Shown here: piece after piece, positions 1 to 10,903 of the stretch
Position numbering within the stretch: the first letter of the stretch is position 1
How the letters are laid out: each line of letters opens with the position of its first letter
Assembly (NCBI RefSeq): GCF_012395255.1
Contig: NZ_JAAZQD010000002.1
Span: 453,929-517,928 of the forward strand
Direction of reading: 5' to 3'
Source of the DNA: Oleiagrimonas citrea
GTDB taxonomy: Bacteria; Pseudomonadota; Gammaproteobacteria; Xanthomonadales; Rhodanobacteraceae
Length of the DNA: 64,000 nt
The notes under the pieces: generated by a model
The model's input: the letters and a program-made list of their open reading frames with translations, nothing else
What the model was told of the DNA's origin: nothing
The model's database searches: none
Position numbers and translations under genes: made by a program

Positions 1-891
1 CTCGAACTTTCCCTGACCCTGCCCGCTGACCGCCAGCCCGAGTGCGAAGACGCGCTGGAAGAGCTCGGCGCGCTGTCGGTCACGCTGCAGGATGCCGACG
101 CCGAGACACCGGACGAGCGAGCCATCTTCGAACCCGGCGTGGACCAGACGCCGCTGTGGAGCCGCGTGGTGCTGACGGCACTGTTCGAGGACGACGCCGA
201 TCGCGCATTCATCGCCACCGAACTGTGCCGCGTCCTGCCCGAACTGCAGCCGGCGCAGCTGGACTTCCGCGCGGTCGCCGACCAGGACTGGGAACGCGCC
301 TGGATGGACCAGTTCAAGCCCATGCGCTTCGGGCGCCGTCTGTGGATCGTGCCGTGGAACGACGAAACGTTCGCCGAACCCGACGCCGTGGTGGTGCGCC
401 TGGACCCCGGCCTGGCCTTCGGCACCGGCACGCACCCGACCACGGCGCTATGCCTGGAATGGCTGGACGGCCTCGACCTCGACGGCCGCAGCGTGACCGA
501 TTACGGCTGCGGCTCCGGCGTACTGGCCATCGCCGCCCTAAAGCTCGGCGCCGCCCGCGCCCTGGGCGTGGACAACGACCCGCAGGCGCTGACCGCGACC
601 CGCGACAATGCCGAGCGCAACGGCGTCGGCGATCGTCTGGACGTCCATCTTCCCGAGGACGCGCCGGACGCGCCGGCCGACGTCTTCGTCGCCAACATCC
701 TCGCCGGTCCGCTGAGTGAGCTCGCCGAACGCTTCGCCGCGCTGGTGAAGCCGGGCGCGCCGTTCGCCCTGTCCGGCATCCTCGACGGCCAGCAGCACGA
801 ACTGCTGGACTGCTACGCGCCGTGGTTCGAGGACCTGCGCACGCAGCAGCGCGAGGACTGGATCCGCATCGACGGACGCCGCCGCGCCTGA
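1..891 (+). CDS. prmA: ribosomal protein L11 methyltransferase (5' partial; N-terminus upstream of window)
   Basis: Frame open from nt 1. Product has PrmA hallmarks (GTGTHPTT and SAM-binding DYGCGSGVLAIAA). High GC3. Confidence 0.85.
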   Translation, partial: LELSLTLPADRQPECEDALEELGALSVTLQDADAETPDERAIFEPGVDQTPLWSRVVLTALFEDDADRAFIATELCRVLPELQPAQLDFRAVADQDWERAWMDQFKPMRFGRRLWIVPWNDETFAEPDAVVVRLDPGLAFGTGTHPTTALCLEWLDGLDLDGRSVTDYGCGSGVLAIAALKLGAARALGVDNDPQALTATRDNAERNGVGDRLDVHLPEDAPDAPADVFVANILAGPLSELAERFAALVKPGAPFALSGILDGQQHELLDCYAPWFEDLRTQQREDWIRIDGRRRA

Positions 892-929
892 GCCGCCTCG
901 CGCGCCGCGGCTTGGCATACAATCGAACC

Positions 930-1739
930 ATGTACGCCCAGTGCCCCGAATGCCTGACCGTCTTCTCGTTCGACGCCGAGACCGTCGCGCAGGCGCACGG
1001 CACCGTCGCGTGCGGCAAGTGCGGCGCGACCTTCGACTGCCTGCCGACACTGACCGAGCAGCTGCCCGAGGAAACCTACGAGACGCTGCCGGTGCACCCG
1101 TCCAGCCCGGCGCCGCCGGTGCTGATGATGAGCGTGGTGCGCGCCGGTCCCGAGGACGCCGTGCAGGCGCCGCTGTTCGCGCACGCACCGCCTGCCGCAG
1201 AAGACGAGGACGACGCACCCGCCGGCATGCCCTCGTTCGCACGGCTGCAGCGCCTGCCGCAACGCACGACGCACCGCGTGGGTCGCTGGGTGGCCGTCTG
1301 CGGCGCGCTGGCGCTGGTGCTCGCGGCGCAGCTGGTCTGGGCTGAACGCCGCCCGCTCACCGCCAACCCGAACACACGTCCCTGGATGCAGACCCTGTGC
1401 GGCTGGCTCGGCTGCACGCTGCCGCCGGTCGCCGACCTGAGCAAGCTGGAACTGATCTCGCGTGATGTGCGTCCGCATCCCTCGGTGCCGGGTGCGCTCA
1501 TCATCAGCGCCACGGTGCGCAACGATGCCTCGTTCACGCAGCCGTATCCGGTCGTCGCGATCACGCTCTCGGACCTGGACGGCAACCGCATCGCCATGCG
1601 CCGCTTCCGTCCCTCGGACTACCTCGACGACCCGGCGGCTCAATCCGCCGGCCTGGCCGCGGGCGCCAGTGCCTCGCTGGTATTCGAGGTAAAGGATCCC
1701 GGCAAGAAGGCCGTCGCCTTCGAGTTCAGCTTCCAGTAG
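930..1739 (+). CDS. zinc-ribbon domain protein (MJ0042-type, resembles the DUF3426 family)
   Basis: ATG at 930 follows a catacaat -10-like box. N-terminal CPEC..CGKC zinc ribbon, Pro-rich linker, one TM segment and a conserved C-terminal domain. Sits downstream of prmA. Confidence 0.65.
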   Translation: MYAQCPECLTVFSFDAETVAQAHGTVACGKCGATFDCLPTLTEQLPEETYETLPVHPSSPAPPVLMMSVVRAGPEDAVQAPLFAHAPPAAEDEDDAPAGMPSFARLQRLPQRTTHRVGRWVAVCGALALVLAAQLVWAERRPLTANPNTRPWMQTLCGWLGCTLPPVADLSKLELISRDVRPHPSVPGALIISATVRNDASFTQPYPVVAITLSDLDGNRIAMRRFRPSDYLDDPAAQSAGLAAGASASLVFEVKDPGKKAVAFEFSFQ

Positions 1740-1932
1740 ATTCGCCGAGCCCTGCGCCCGATCACGGACATCGCCCGCTGTCGCGCTACAAAATAAGACG
1801 CGCGCCGAGTAGACTGCTGTTTCTCGCGCGCATGCCTTCGGCAGGATCGCCGACCGGCGGCGCGAGCCCGCAGCACGAACGAACAAGAACCGGCGACCTC
1901 GTAGCCGCCGCATATGGAGCATCCAGGGGAAC

Positions 1933-2220
1933 ATGCACGCCAACGCCGTCCGAATGCCTCGCATGGAAGTCGACACGTCCGACTCCGGCCGCAGCGCACT
2001 CAACGAATGCGTCAGCCGTACCGTCCGCCGTTATCTTGTGGACATCGGCGACACCCCCTGCGACGACGGTCTGTTCGCCCTGGTCATGCGCGAAGTCGAA
2101 GCCCCGCTGCTGCGCGAAGTGATGGACTTCCACGACAACAACCAGAGCCGCGCGGCCGTCGCGCTCGGCATCAACCGCGCCACCCTGCGCAAGAAGCTGG
2201 CCGCGCACGGCCTGCTGTAA
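1933..2220 (+). CDS. fis: DNA-binding protein Fis
   Basis: 95-aa product ends with the Fis HTH (..[21 protein letters not shown]). Conserved prmA...fis neighbourhood. Exact start uncertain (1933, 1954 or 1963). Confidence 0.8.
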   Translation: MHANAVRMPRMEVDTSDSGRSALNECVSRTVRRYLVDIGDTPCDDGLFALVMREVEAPLLREVMDFHDNNQSRAAVALGINRATLRKKLAAHGLL

Positions 2221-2393
2221 CGCGTCGATTCCGGCGCGACTCGTCGTCGCGCCCCGGTCGAGACCCGATCCGCGCACCGCGCTGTCCTGCCCGCGCGTCT
2301 GCATTCCGCCGCCTTGCGGCGATCGGTCATAAGCGGTTCGGAACCCTGCCGGCAGCGGCTATACTTGCCGTTTTCCCGCATCAAGGCCCGACC

Positions 2394-3977
2394 ATGTTCG
2401 ACGCAACCCTGACCCCGGTCCGACGCGCGCTGCTCAGCGTCTCGAACAAGAACGGCCTGGCTGAACTGGCCAGCGGCCTGGACAAGCTGGGCGTCGAACT
2501 GATCTCCACCGGCGGCAGCGCGCGCGCGCTGCGCGATGCGCACCTGCCCGTGCGCGGCGTCAGCGAGATCACCGATTTCCCGGAGATCATGGACGGTCGC
2601 GTGAAGACGCTGCACCCGAAGATCCATGGCGGCCTGCTGGGTCGGCGTCACACCGACGACGCGGTGATGAGCGAGCACGGCATCGAGCCGATCGACCTGC
2701 TGGTGGTCAACCTGTACCCGTTCGCGCAGACCGTCGCGCGACCGGACTGCACCCTGGACGACGCCATCGAGAATATCGACATCGGCGGCCCGGCGATGCT
2801 GCGCGCGGCGGCGAAGAACCACGACCGCGTGCTGGTGGTAGTCGACCCGGCCGACTACGCCGAAGTCATCCAGACCCTGCACGAACACGGCGGCACCAGC
2901 ATCGCCCTGCGCCGCCGGCTCGCGGCCAAGGCCTTCGCCCACGCTGCGCAGTACGACGGCATGATCGCCGACTGGCTCGGCGCGCACACCGGCGAGGACG
3001 AGGAAGGCCCGTTCGCGCCGACCCTGCACATGGCGCTCGACCGCAAGGCCACGCTGCGCTACGGCGAGAACCCTCACCAGGGTGGCGCGCTGTACGTCGA
3101 GCGCGACGCACCCGCACAGGGCATCGTCGCCACCGCGAAGATCCTGGCCGGCAAGGAACTGTCCTACAACAACATCGCCGACGCCGACGCCGCGCTGGAA
3201 TGCGTGAAGGCGTTCCAGAACGTGCCGGCCTGCGTCATCGTCAAGCACGCCAACCCGTGCGGCGTGGCGCTGGGCGCGAACATCGCCGAAGCCTACGACC
3301 GCGCACACGCCTGCGATGCCACGTCGGCCTTCGGCGGCATCATCGCCTTCAATCAGCCGCTGGACGCCGACACCGCGCGCATGATCGTCGAGCGCCAGTT
3401 CGTCGAGGTGGTGCTGGCGCCGAGCATCCCGGCCGACACCCTGGCCGTGTTCGCCGACAAGCCCAATGTGCGCGTGCTGGACACCGGCGCGTGGCCGGAA
3501 CAGCCGGCCGCCACGCTGGACTACAAGCGCGTCGCCGGCGGCCTGCTGGTGCAGGACAGCGATCGCGACACCCTGCTGGCCGACGACCTGAAGGTGGTCA
3601 GCAAGCGCGTGCCCGACGCCGACGAACTGCGCGACCTGCTGTTTGCCTGGCACGTGGCGATGTACGTGAAATCCAACGCCATCGTCTACGCCAACAAGGG
3701 GCAGACCGTGGGCATCGGCGCCGGCCAGATGAGCCGCGTGATCTCCGCGCGCATCGCCGCGATCAAGGCCGCCGACGCCGGTCTGGATGTGCCCGGCAGC
3801 GTGATGGCCTCCGACGCCTTCTTCCCGTTCCGCGACGGCATCGACGCCGCCGCCGAAGCCGGCATCCGCGCCGTGATCCAGCCGGGCGGCTCGCGCCGCG
3901 ACGAGGAAGTCATCGCCGCCGCCGACGAGCACGGCATGGCGATGGTGTTCACCGGCATGCGCCACTTCCGCCACTGA
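2394..3977 (+). CDS. purH: bifunctional AICAR transformylase / IMP cyclohydrolase
   Basis: 528 aa from ATG 2394. N-terminal MGS-like/IMPCH domain and C-terminal AICARFT domain are collinear with PurH. High GC3. Confidence 0.92.
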   Translation: MFDATLTPVRRALLSVSNKNGLAELASGLDKLGVELISTGGSARALRDAHLPVRGVSEITDFPEIMDGRVKTLHPKIHGGLLGRRHTDDAVMSEHGIEPIDLLVVNLYPFAQTVARPDCTLDDAIENIDIGGPAMLRAAAKNHDRVLVVVDPADYAEVIQTLHEHGGTSIALRRRLAAKAFAHAAQYDGMIADWLGAHTGEDEEGPFAPTLHMALDRKATLRYGENPHQGGALYVERDAPAQGIVATAKILAGKELSYNNIADADAALECVKAFQNVPACVIVKHANPCGVALGANIAEAYDRAHACDATSAFGGIIAFNQPLDADTARMIVERQFVEVVLAPSIPADTLAVFADKPNVRVLDTGAWPEQPAATLDYKRVAGGLLVQDSDRDTLLADDLKVVSKRVPDADELRDLLFAWHVAMYVKSNAIVYANKGQTVGIGAGQMSRVISARIAAIKAADAGLDVPGSVMASDAFFPFRDGIDAAAEAGIRAVIQPGGSRRDEEVIAAADEHGMAMVFTGMRHFRH

Positions 3978-4065
3978 TACGCAAGGCGCCCGGACAAGCC
4001 GGGCACCGATGCACTACACATTCTGTCCCGCCCCGGCTGCGCGCATGCGCTCCGGGGCGATGTCG

Positions 4066-4548
4066 TTACTGGCCGTCGCCAGCCTTCTTCTTGGCCGGAC
4101 CGCCCCACTGGTAGATCGTGTAGTAGACCGGCTTCACCGGCGGCTGGCCGGCCTGACGCTGCAACACGCCCTCGCTGTTGGCCATGTAGGTCTGCGGAAC
4201 GCCGTGGGCCGGAATCACGTGGATCATGTACAGCTTGCCGTTGATCCGGTACTCCTCGACCTTGTCCTTGCCCACAGTGCGCACGTCCACGGTCGGCGGC
4301 GGGTCACCGCGCAGGTCGCGCTGCGCGCCGCCACTGCCGACGGCCGGCAACTCGGGCAGACCGCGTAGGCCGCCCTTCTGCGCGCTCGACGCCGGCGCAG
4401 AGGCAGCCGGCGCGGCCTGCACGCCGGGATCGCTCATGCCCGGCGGCGGCGGCACCGGCGCGCGCTGATCCGCGTTCTGAGCCTGGACGGAGGCGCAGGC
4501 CAGCAGGGCCGTGGCACCGAGAACGAATAGCGTGGAATGACGTGACAT
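4066..4548 (-). CDS. secreted protein of unknown function (resembles DUF2782)
   Basis: Start [19 protein letters not shown] is a signal peptide. Pro-rich region, then a conserved ..[15 protein letters not shown].. core. Confidence 0.55.
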   Translation of the reverse strand: MSRHSTLFVLGATALLACASVQAQNADQRAPVPPPPGMSDPGVQAAPAASAPASSAQKGGLRGLPELPAVGSGGAQRDLRGDPPPTVDVRTVGKDKVEEYRINGKLYMIHVIPAHGVPQTYMANSEGVLQRQAGQPPVKPVYYTIYQWGGPAKKKAGDGQ

Positions 4549-4628
4549 GGGCGCACCTCCTGAATGCAGGCACAGGATAGCAGCGACCCGGGTGCGCGAA
4601 CGTGAACGGGCCATGCGAGAATTCCCGC

Positions 4629-7388
4629 ATGGCTTCCATGATTCTGATCGACGGGTCCTCGTACCTGTATCGCGCGTTCCACGCGCTTCCGCCGCTGACC
4701 AACGCCGAGGGTGAACCCACCGGCGCCCTGTTCGGCGTGGTCAACATGCTGCGCGCCACGCTGAAGGCCGGCGCCGACTACGTCGCCTTCGTGCAGGACG
4801 CATCCGGCCCGACCTTCCGCGACGAGATGTACGACCAGTACAAGGCCAATCGTCCGCCGATGCCCGACGACCTGCGCGGCCAGATCCAGCCGATGCTGGA
4901 CATCGTCGAGGCGCAGGGTTTCCCGATCCTGCGCGTGCCCGGGGTCGAGGCCGACGACGTCATCGGCACCCTGGCGCGGCAGGCTGCGGACCAGGGCATC
5001 GAGGTAGTCATCTCCACCGGCGACAAGGATTTCGCGCAGCTGGTCGACCAGCACGTGACGCTGGTCAACACCATGACCAACACGCGCACCGACGAGGCTG
5101 GCGTGAAGGAGAAGTTCGGCGTCGCGCCCGAGCGCATCGTCGATTTCCTGGCGCTGACCGGCGACAAGGTCGACAACGTGCCCGGCGTGGACAAGTGCGG
5201 ACCCAAGACCGCCGCCAAGTGGCTGGACAAGTACGGCTCGCTGGAAAACCTGATGCAGCAGGCCGACGACGTCGGCGGCAAGATCGGCGAAAACCTGCGC
5301 GCGGCGCTGGACCATCTGCCGCTGTCGCGCGACCTGGTCACCATCAAGACCGACGTCGAGCTCGATGTCGGCCCGACCGATCTGGCGCTGCGCGAAGCCG
5401 ACGTCGAACGCCTGCGCGAGCTGTACACGCGCTATGACTTCCGCGCCGCACTGAAGGATCTGGACAACGGCGAGACCAAGGTCGAACCCTCGTCCGCTGC
5501 CGAGCAGGCCCCGGCCACGCAGACGCTGCGCGACGCCACCGAAGCACCTTCGGACGATGCGGCCCGCCCCGGCGAATACGAACTGGTCACGACCGAGGAA
5601 CAGCTGAAGGCCTGGGTCGAGCGCCTCGAACACGCCGACCTGATCGCCTTCGACACCGAGACCACCTCGCTCGACGCGCTGCGCGCCGAGATCGTCGGCG
5701 TGTCGCTGGCGGTGGAGCCGGGCAAGGCCGCCTATATCCCGGTCGCGCACGACTATCCTGGCGTACCAAAGCAGCTGGACCGCGCCACCGTGCTCGCGGC
5801 GCTGAAGCCGGCGCTGGAGGATCCGGAACGGCCGAAGGTCGCCCAGCACGGCAAGTACGACATCAACGTGCTGGCCAGCCATCTGCTCGGCGAGCACAAG
5901 GTCGAGGTGCGCGGACTGGCCCACGACACCATGCTCGAATCCTACGTGTGGAACGCCACCGCCACGCGCCACGACATGGATTCGCTGGCGTCGCGCTATC
6001 TCGGCTACACCACCACCAAGTACAGCGAGGTCGCCGGCAAGGGCGCCAAGCAGATCGGCTTCGCCGAGGTCGACCTGGACACCGCCGGCCACTACGCCGC
6101 CGAGGACGCCGACATCACCCTGCGCCTGCACCACGCGCTATGGCCGAAGCTCGAATCCGAGGCCGGTCTGAAGGCCGTCTACACCGATATCGAGATGCCG
6201 CTGGTGCCGGTGCTGGCGCGCATGGAAAAGCGCGGCGTGCTGATTGACGTCGACAACCTCAAGCACCAGAGCCAGGCGCTGGGCAAGCGCATGCTGGAGA
6301 TCCAGAAGCAGGCCTACGAGCACGCCGGCCGCGAATTCAATCTGGCCTCGACCAAGCAGCTGCAGGCCATCCTGTTCGACGAACTCGGCCTGCCGGTGAA
6401 GGTGAAGACCTCCAAGGGCGCGCCGTCGACCAACGAGGAAGCGCTCGACGCCATCGTCGACGAACACCCGCTGCCGCGCCTGATTCTGGACTACCGCGGT
6501 CTGGCCAAGCTGCGCTCGACCTACACCGACAAACTGGCGGAGATGGTCAACCCGGACACCGGCCGCGTGCACACCAGCTATCACCAGGCCGTGGCCGCGA
6601 CCGGCCGGCTGTCCTCGTCCGACCCCAACCTGCAGAACATTCCGGTGCGCACCGAGGAAGGTCGGCGCATCCGCCAAGCCTTCGTCGCGCCGAAGGGCTG
6701 GGTGGTGATGGCCGCCGACTATTCGCAGATCGAGCTGCGCATCATGGCGCACCTGTCCGGCGACGAAGGCCTGCTGAAAGCCTTCCGCGAAGGCGCCGAC
6801 ATCCACCGAGCCACCGCCGCCGAGGTCTTCGGCGTGCAGCCCGAGGAGGTCGACAGCAACCAGCGCCGCGCCGCCAAGGCCATCAACTTCGGCCTGATGT
6901 ACGGCATGAGCGCGTTCGGCCTGGCGCGCAACCTCGGCATCGACCGCGGCGAGGCGGCCGACTACATCGCCCGCTACTTCGCGCGCTACCCCGGCGTGCG
7001 CGAATTCATGGATCGCACCCGCGAGAAGGCGCACGAGACCGGCTTCGTGGAGACGCTGTTCGGCCGCCGCCTGTATCTGGACAATCTCAAGGCCCGCAAC
7101 CAGGCACTGCGCGCCGGCGCGGAGCGCGCCGCCATCAACGCGCCGATGCAGGGCACCGCCGCCGACATCATCAAGCGCGCCATGCTCACCGTCGACGCCT
7201 GGCTGATCGGCCGCGACGACGCCAGCATGCTGATGCAGGTGCACGATGAACTGGTGTTCGAGGTACGCGAAGATGCCGTCGAGGCGATCCGCGAAGGCGT
7301 GACCGAACGCATGCAGGGCGCGGCCGACCTGGCCGTACCGCTGATCGTCGAGGTCGGCGTCGGTGCGAACTGGGACGAGGCGCATTGA
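4629..7388 (+). CDS. polA: DNA polymerase I
   Basis: ~920 aa. 5'-3' exonuclease N-terminus (ILIDGSSYLYRAFHA), 3'-5' exonuclease and polymerase domains with the typical C-terminus (..QVHDELVFEV.., ..VGANWDEAH). The ORF-track start at 4602 is GTG. ATG 4629 is preferred. Confidence 0.93.
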   Translation: MASMILIDGSSYLYRAFHALPPLTNAEGEPTGALFGVVNMLRATLKAGADYVAFVQDASGPTFRDEMYDQYKANRPPMPDDLRGQIQPMLDIVEAQGFPILRVPGVEADDVIGTLARQAADQGIEVVISTGDKDFAQLVDQHVTLVNTMTNTRTDEAGVKEKFGVAPERIVDFLALTGDKVDNVPGVDKCGPKTAAKWLDKYGSLENLMQQADDVGGKIGENLRAALDHLPLSRDLVTIKTDVELDVGPTDLALREADVERLRELYTRYDFRAALKDLDNGETKVEPSSAAEQAPATQTLRDATEAPSDDAARPGEYELVTTEEQLKAWVERLEHADLIAFDTETTSLDALRAEIVGVSLAVEPGKAAYIPVAHDYPGVPKQLDRATVLAALKPALEDPERPKVAQHGKYDINVLASHLLGEHKVEVRGLAHDTMLESYVWNATATRHDMDSLASRYLGYTTTKYSEVAGKGAKQIGFAEVDLDTAGHYAAEDADITLRLHHALWPKLESEAGLKAVYTDIEMPLVPVLARMEKRGVLIDVDNLKHQSQALGKRMLEIQKQAYEHAGREFNLASTKQLQAILFDELGLPVKVKTSKGAPSTNEEALDAIVDEHPLPRLILDYRGLAKLRSTYTDKLAEMVNPDTGRVHTSYHQAVAATGRLSSSDPNLQNIPVRTEEGRRIRQAFVAPKGWVVMAADYSQIELRIMAHLSGDEGLLKAFREGADIHRATAAEVFGVQPEEVDSNQRRAAKAINFGLMYGMSAFGLARNLGIDRGEAADYIARYFARYPGVREFMDRTREKAHETGFVETLFGRRLYLDNLKARNQALRAGAERAAINAPMQGTAADIIKRAMLTVDAWLIGRDDASMLMQVHDELVFEVREDAVEAIREGVTERMQGAADLAVPLIVEVGVGANWDEAH

Positions 7389-7755
7389 TCCGCCGCGCCA
7401 CCGAAAATCCTCGGCCATGCCGAAAGTCATGGTCGAAAACGATCGCAAATCATTGATTTTAATATCAATGAATCGATCCTGAATTTTTTTCCGAAAACGT
7501 GCAACTTTCCCACACCAGCTGCATCTAATCCCATGAACGCACGCAATGGCGTTCACCTCACTCACCTCCCTGAGTGAACCCCCCGAGATAACGGGTCCTC
7601 CCCATGACCCTTATCCCAGCCCCGGGCGTCCCCCCCTGACTCCCGGGGCATTTTTATGTCCGGCGCGGAAACCTGAACAAACGGCGCAGCCCGAGGCACG
7701 GCTCCTGCCTGCGCGTTGCTATGATCGAGCCTTCGACAATCAAGGAGAACCAAGC

Positions 7756-7974
7756 ATGCGTATCGCGCTGATGGTGATCGGCATCATTCTTCTCATCGCA
7801 GGCATCTGGGTACTGGCCGGACACGGGAGCTACAGCACCACCGAAACCGTCGTCAGCGTCGGTTCGCACGCACTCAAGGCGACCCACGACAAGGCCATTC
7901 CGCAGTGGGCCGGCATTGCCGGCGTGGCCGTCGGCGGTGTGCTGACCCTGGCCGGCCTGCTGCGCAAGCGCTGA
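7756..7974 (+). CDS. small two-TM membrane protein (DUF3185-like)
   Basis: 72 aa with two hydrophobic helices. AAGGAGA RBS 6 nt upstream of the ATG. Followed by an intrinsic terminator. Confidence 0.55.
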   Translation: MRIALMVIGIILLIAGIWVLAGHGSYSTTETVVSVGSHALKATHDKAIPQWAGIAGVAVGGVLTLAGLLRKR

Positions 7975-7998
7975 TCGGCGCCTCGCATCGCGCTCCGA

Positions 7999-8036
7999 AA
8001 AAGCCCGTCGCCACCGTGCGGCGGGCTTTTTGTTTG
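7999..8036 (+). terminator. rho-independent terminator
   Basis: GC hairpin (agcccgtcgcc..gcggcgggct) followed by tttttgttt, immediately after the small membrane protein. Confidence 0.5.
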
Positions 8037-8081
8037 CGCCACAGGAACGGCGTACCCGGTCTCTGACGCTACAATGAGCGG

Positions 8082-10271
8082 ATGGATGTATCGCACCTGC
8101 TCGATTCGCTCAACGCGGCCCAGCGCGAGGCCGTCAGCGCGCCGCCCGGCCACTATCTGGTGCTGGCCGGCGCCGGCTCCGGCAAGACCCGTGTCCTGAC
8201 TCACCGCATCGCCTGGCTGGCCGAGGTCGAGCGCGCCTCGCCGTGGTCGATTCTCGCCGTGACCTTTACCAACAAGGCCGCCGGCGAGATGCGCGCGCGT
8301 CTGGACACACTGATGCCGCACGGCACGCGCGGCCTGACCGTGGGCACCTTCCACGGCATCGCCCATCGCTTGCTGCGTCGCCACTGGCAGGATGCCGGCC
8401 TGCCGGAAGGCTTCCAGATTCTCGACGCCGACGACCAGCAGCGGCTGGTCAAGCGCGTGGTCGCCGGCCTCGGCCTGGACGAATCGCGCTTCCCGCCGCG
8501 CCAGGCCGCGTGGCAGATCGCGCATTGGAAGGACGACGGCAAGCGTCCCGACAACATCGAGCACCGCGACCATCCCGCCACGCGCACGCTGGTGGAGATC
8601 TACACCGCCTATGAGGACGCCTGCCGCCGCGCCGGCCTGGTCGACTTCGGCGAACTGCTGCTGCGCGCGCACGAATTGTGGCTGAACAAGCCCGAGGTGC
8701 TCGAGCACTACCGCGAACGCTGGCGCTATCTGCTGGTGGACGAATTCCAGGACACCAACGCGCTGCAATACGCATGGATCCGCGTGCTGGCCGGCCAGAC
8801 CGGCCAGGTATTCGCGGTCGGCGACGACGACCAGTCGATCTACGGCTGGCGCGGCGCGCGCGTGGAGAACATGCAACAGTTCCTCAAGGACTTCCCGGGC
8901 GCAAAGACCATCCGCCTGGAGCAGAACTACCGCTCGTCGGCCAACATCCTCAAGGCCGCCAACGCCATCATCGCGCGCAACGGCGACCGCCTGGGCAAGA
9001 ACCTGTGGACCGAGGACGGCGACGGCGAGCGCATCGCGCTGTACGCGGCCTACAACGAGCAGGACGAAGCGCGCTTCGTCATCGAGCGCATCGCCGAGCA
9101 CATCGACCAGGGCGGCAGCGCGGTCGACTGCGCGATCCTGTACCGCTCCAACGCACAGTCGCGCAATTTCGAGGAACAACTGATCCAGCGCGACCTGCCC
9201 TACCGCGTGTACGGCGGCCAGCGCTTCTTCGAGCGCGCCGAGATCAAGAACGCCCTGGCCTACCTGCGCCTGACCGCCAACCGTCACGACGACGCCTCCT
9301 TCGAGCGCGCGGTGAACACGCCGCCACGCGGCATCGGTCAGCGCACGCTGGACATCCTGCGCCGCCGCGCCCGCGCCGAGCGCAGCTCGATGTGGGACGC
9401 CTCGCTGGCCGAACTCACTGGCGGCGAACTGGCCGCACGTGCCAAGAACGCGGTCAAGGGCTTTCTCGAACTGATCGACGGCATGGCGCGCAGCTTCGCC
9501 GGCGACGGCGAGAACGGCGGCCTGACGTTGTCCGAACAGGTCGAGCACGCCATCGTGCACAGCGGCCTGCGCGAGTATCACGAGCGCGACGACGGCCGCG
9601 GCAGCGCCGAATCGCGCATCGAGAACCTGGACGAACTGGTCAATGTCGCCAGCCGCTACCAGCCCACGCCGGAAGACGAGGAATCGGGCCTGTCCGAACT
9701 GGCTTCGTTCCTCGCCCACGCCACGCTGGAAGCCGGCGAGGGCCAGGGCGGAAGCGGCGACGACTGCGTGCAGCTGATGACGCTGCACTCGGCCAAGGGT
9801 CTGGAATTCCCGGTGGTGTTTCTGGTCGGCATGGAAGACGGCCTGTTCCCCAGCCAGCGCTCGGTCGAACAGGAGGATCGCCTGGAAGAGGAACGCCGCC
9901 TGGCCTACGTCGGCATCACCCGCGCCCGCGAGAAGCTGATGCTTTGCTATGCCGAATCGCGCCGCATGCACGGCACCGAGATGCTGGCACGACCCTCGCG
10001 CTTCCTCGCCGAGCTGCCCAGCGAATTGCTCGACGAAGTGCGCCCGCGCGTGCAGGTCAGCCGTGGCGTGTCACGCAACCGCTTCACCACCGCGCCGGTC
10101 GACGACGACCTGCCGATCAAACTGGGCCAGGCCGTTCGCCACCCCAGCTTCGGCGACGGCGTGGTGGTCAGCGCAGAAGGCGGCGGCGCGCACATGCGCG
10201 TGCAAGTGAACTTCGACGACGCCGGCAGCAAGTGGCTGGTGTTGGCTTACGCCAATCTCACGCCGATCTAA
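8082..10271 (+). CDS. uvrD: DNA helicase II
   Basis: 729 aa. Walker A (AGAGSGKT), UvrD/Rep helicase motifs throughout and a characteristic C-terminal extension. Confidence 0.9.
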   Translation: MDVSHLLDSLNAAQREAVSAPPGHYLVLAGAGSGKTRVLTHRIAWLAEVERASPWSILAVTFTNKAAGEMRARLDTLMPHGTRGLTVGTFHGIAHRLLRRHWQDAGLPEGFQILDADDQQRLVKRVVAGLGLDESRFPPRQAAWQIAHWKDDGKRPDNIEHRDHPATRTLVEIYTAYEDACRRAGLVDFGELLLRAHELWLNKPEVLEHYRERWRYLLVDEFQDTNALQYAWIRVLAGQTGQVFAVGDDDQSIYGWRGARVENMQQFLKDFPGAKTIRLEQNYRSSANILKAANAIIARNGDRLGKNLWTEDGDGERIALYAAYNEQDEARFVIERIAEHIDQGGSAVDCAILYRSNAQSRNFEEQLIQRDLPYRVYGGQRFFERAEIKNALAYLRLTANRHDDASFERAVNTPPRGIGQRTLDILRRRARAERSSMWDASLAELTGGELAARAKNAVKGFLELIDGMARSFAGDGENGGLTLSEQVEHAIVHSGLREYHERDDGRGSAESRIENLDELVNVASRYQPTPEDEESGLSELASFLAHATLEAGEGQGGSGDDCVQLMTLHSAKGLEFPVVFLVGMEDGLFPSQRSVEQEDRLEEERRLAYVGITRAREKLMLCYAESRRMHGTEMLARPSRFLAELPSELLDEVRPRVQVSRGVSRNRFTTAPVDDDLPIKLGQAVRHPSFGDGVVVSAEGGGAHMRVQVNFDDAGSKWLVLAYANLTPI

Positions 10272-10309
10272 ATCCACGAGACGAAATCACCCCGTTTCCC
10301 GTCAACCAC

Positions 10310-10903
10310 TTAAGCATCGGAAGCAAGATGTGTGGCACAAATGCCTTGCTGGATGCCGGCCACTTGAAGATAGCGCTCTAAAGCAAAATTTTTGTGGCTA
10401 TTGAACCCCTCGGGAGCGAGTCCTTGACCGGAGGAGTACATGAGTCCCGCATATGGATCTGCATCGGCAGGGATATGAGGAACTGGGGCATGGCTGCTTT
10501 TACTCCCTTGAATGTACATAGCAACCCCACTGATAAGCCTTACCAACGCGATCCCATGCGCTCTGGCGAATTCAATTGCCCCATCTTGAAAAGGGGATGT
10601 GCTGACAAAAATTGCCTTACTTGCGCCCAGAGACTCTTGCTTTTGATGCAAGACTTGGACTAGCTCTCTTTTAATAGGGTTTTTGTGCTTTTTGCACTCA
10701 ACAAGCGTCTTAAACGAAATACCACCAAGTGCCTTGAAGCGAACCACAACATCTATCTCGTATTCACCGTCCGCACCACTAAGCTTTTCACGATGAACGG
10801 CTGAAAACGCTTCAAGTTCGTGTCCGACAGACTCAAGCCATGCTTTCACCTGAAGCTCGTACTCTTCAGGAGTGACGTCTGATGCGTTCTTAAATTTTTT
10901 CAT
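10310..10903 (-). CDS. Mrr-cat (type IV restriction endonuclease-like) domain protein
   Basis: 197 aa. The core ..EYEIDVVVRF..LVECKKHKNPI..AIFVSTSPF.. matches the Mrr catalytic domain (D-x-EVD...ECK). ~45% GC against ~68% background. Confidence 0.7.
   Translation of the reverse strand: MKKFKNASDVTPEEYELQVKAWLESVGHELEAFSAVHREKLSGADGEYEIDVVVRFKALGGISFKTLVECKKHKNPIKRELVQVLHQKQESLGASKAIFVSTSPFQDGAIEFARAHGIALVRLISGVAMYIQGSKSSHAPVPHIPADADPYAGLMYSSGQGLAPEGFNSHKNFALERYLQVAGIQQGICATHLASDA

Noticed and set aside
42-719. 225-aa Arg-rich ORF overlapping prmA in another frame
   Set aside because: Alternative-frame artefact in high-GC coding sequence. The prmA frame carries the conserved motifs.
2031-3974. 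647-aa ORF antisense to purH
   Set aside because: GC-driven shadow ORF. Low-complexity Ala/Gly/Arg-rich translation. The sense strand has clear PurH homology and codon bias.
4434-7565. Long minus-strand ORFs (4434-6134, 6138-7565) opposite polA
   Set aside because: Shadow ORFs in a 68% GC gene. No recognisable domains. polA homology is unambiguous on the plus strand.
7830-9971. 713-aa ORF antisense to uvrD
   Set aside because: Same shadow-ORF reasoning. UvrD motifs are on the plus strand.
10394-10663. 89-aa plus-strand ORF inside the Mrr-like gene
   Set aside because: Antisense to a gene with clear Mrr-cat homology. No RBS or homology of its own.
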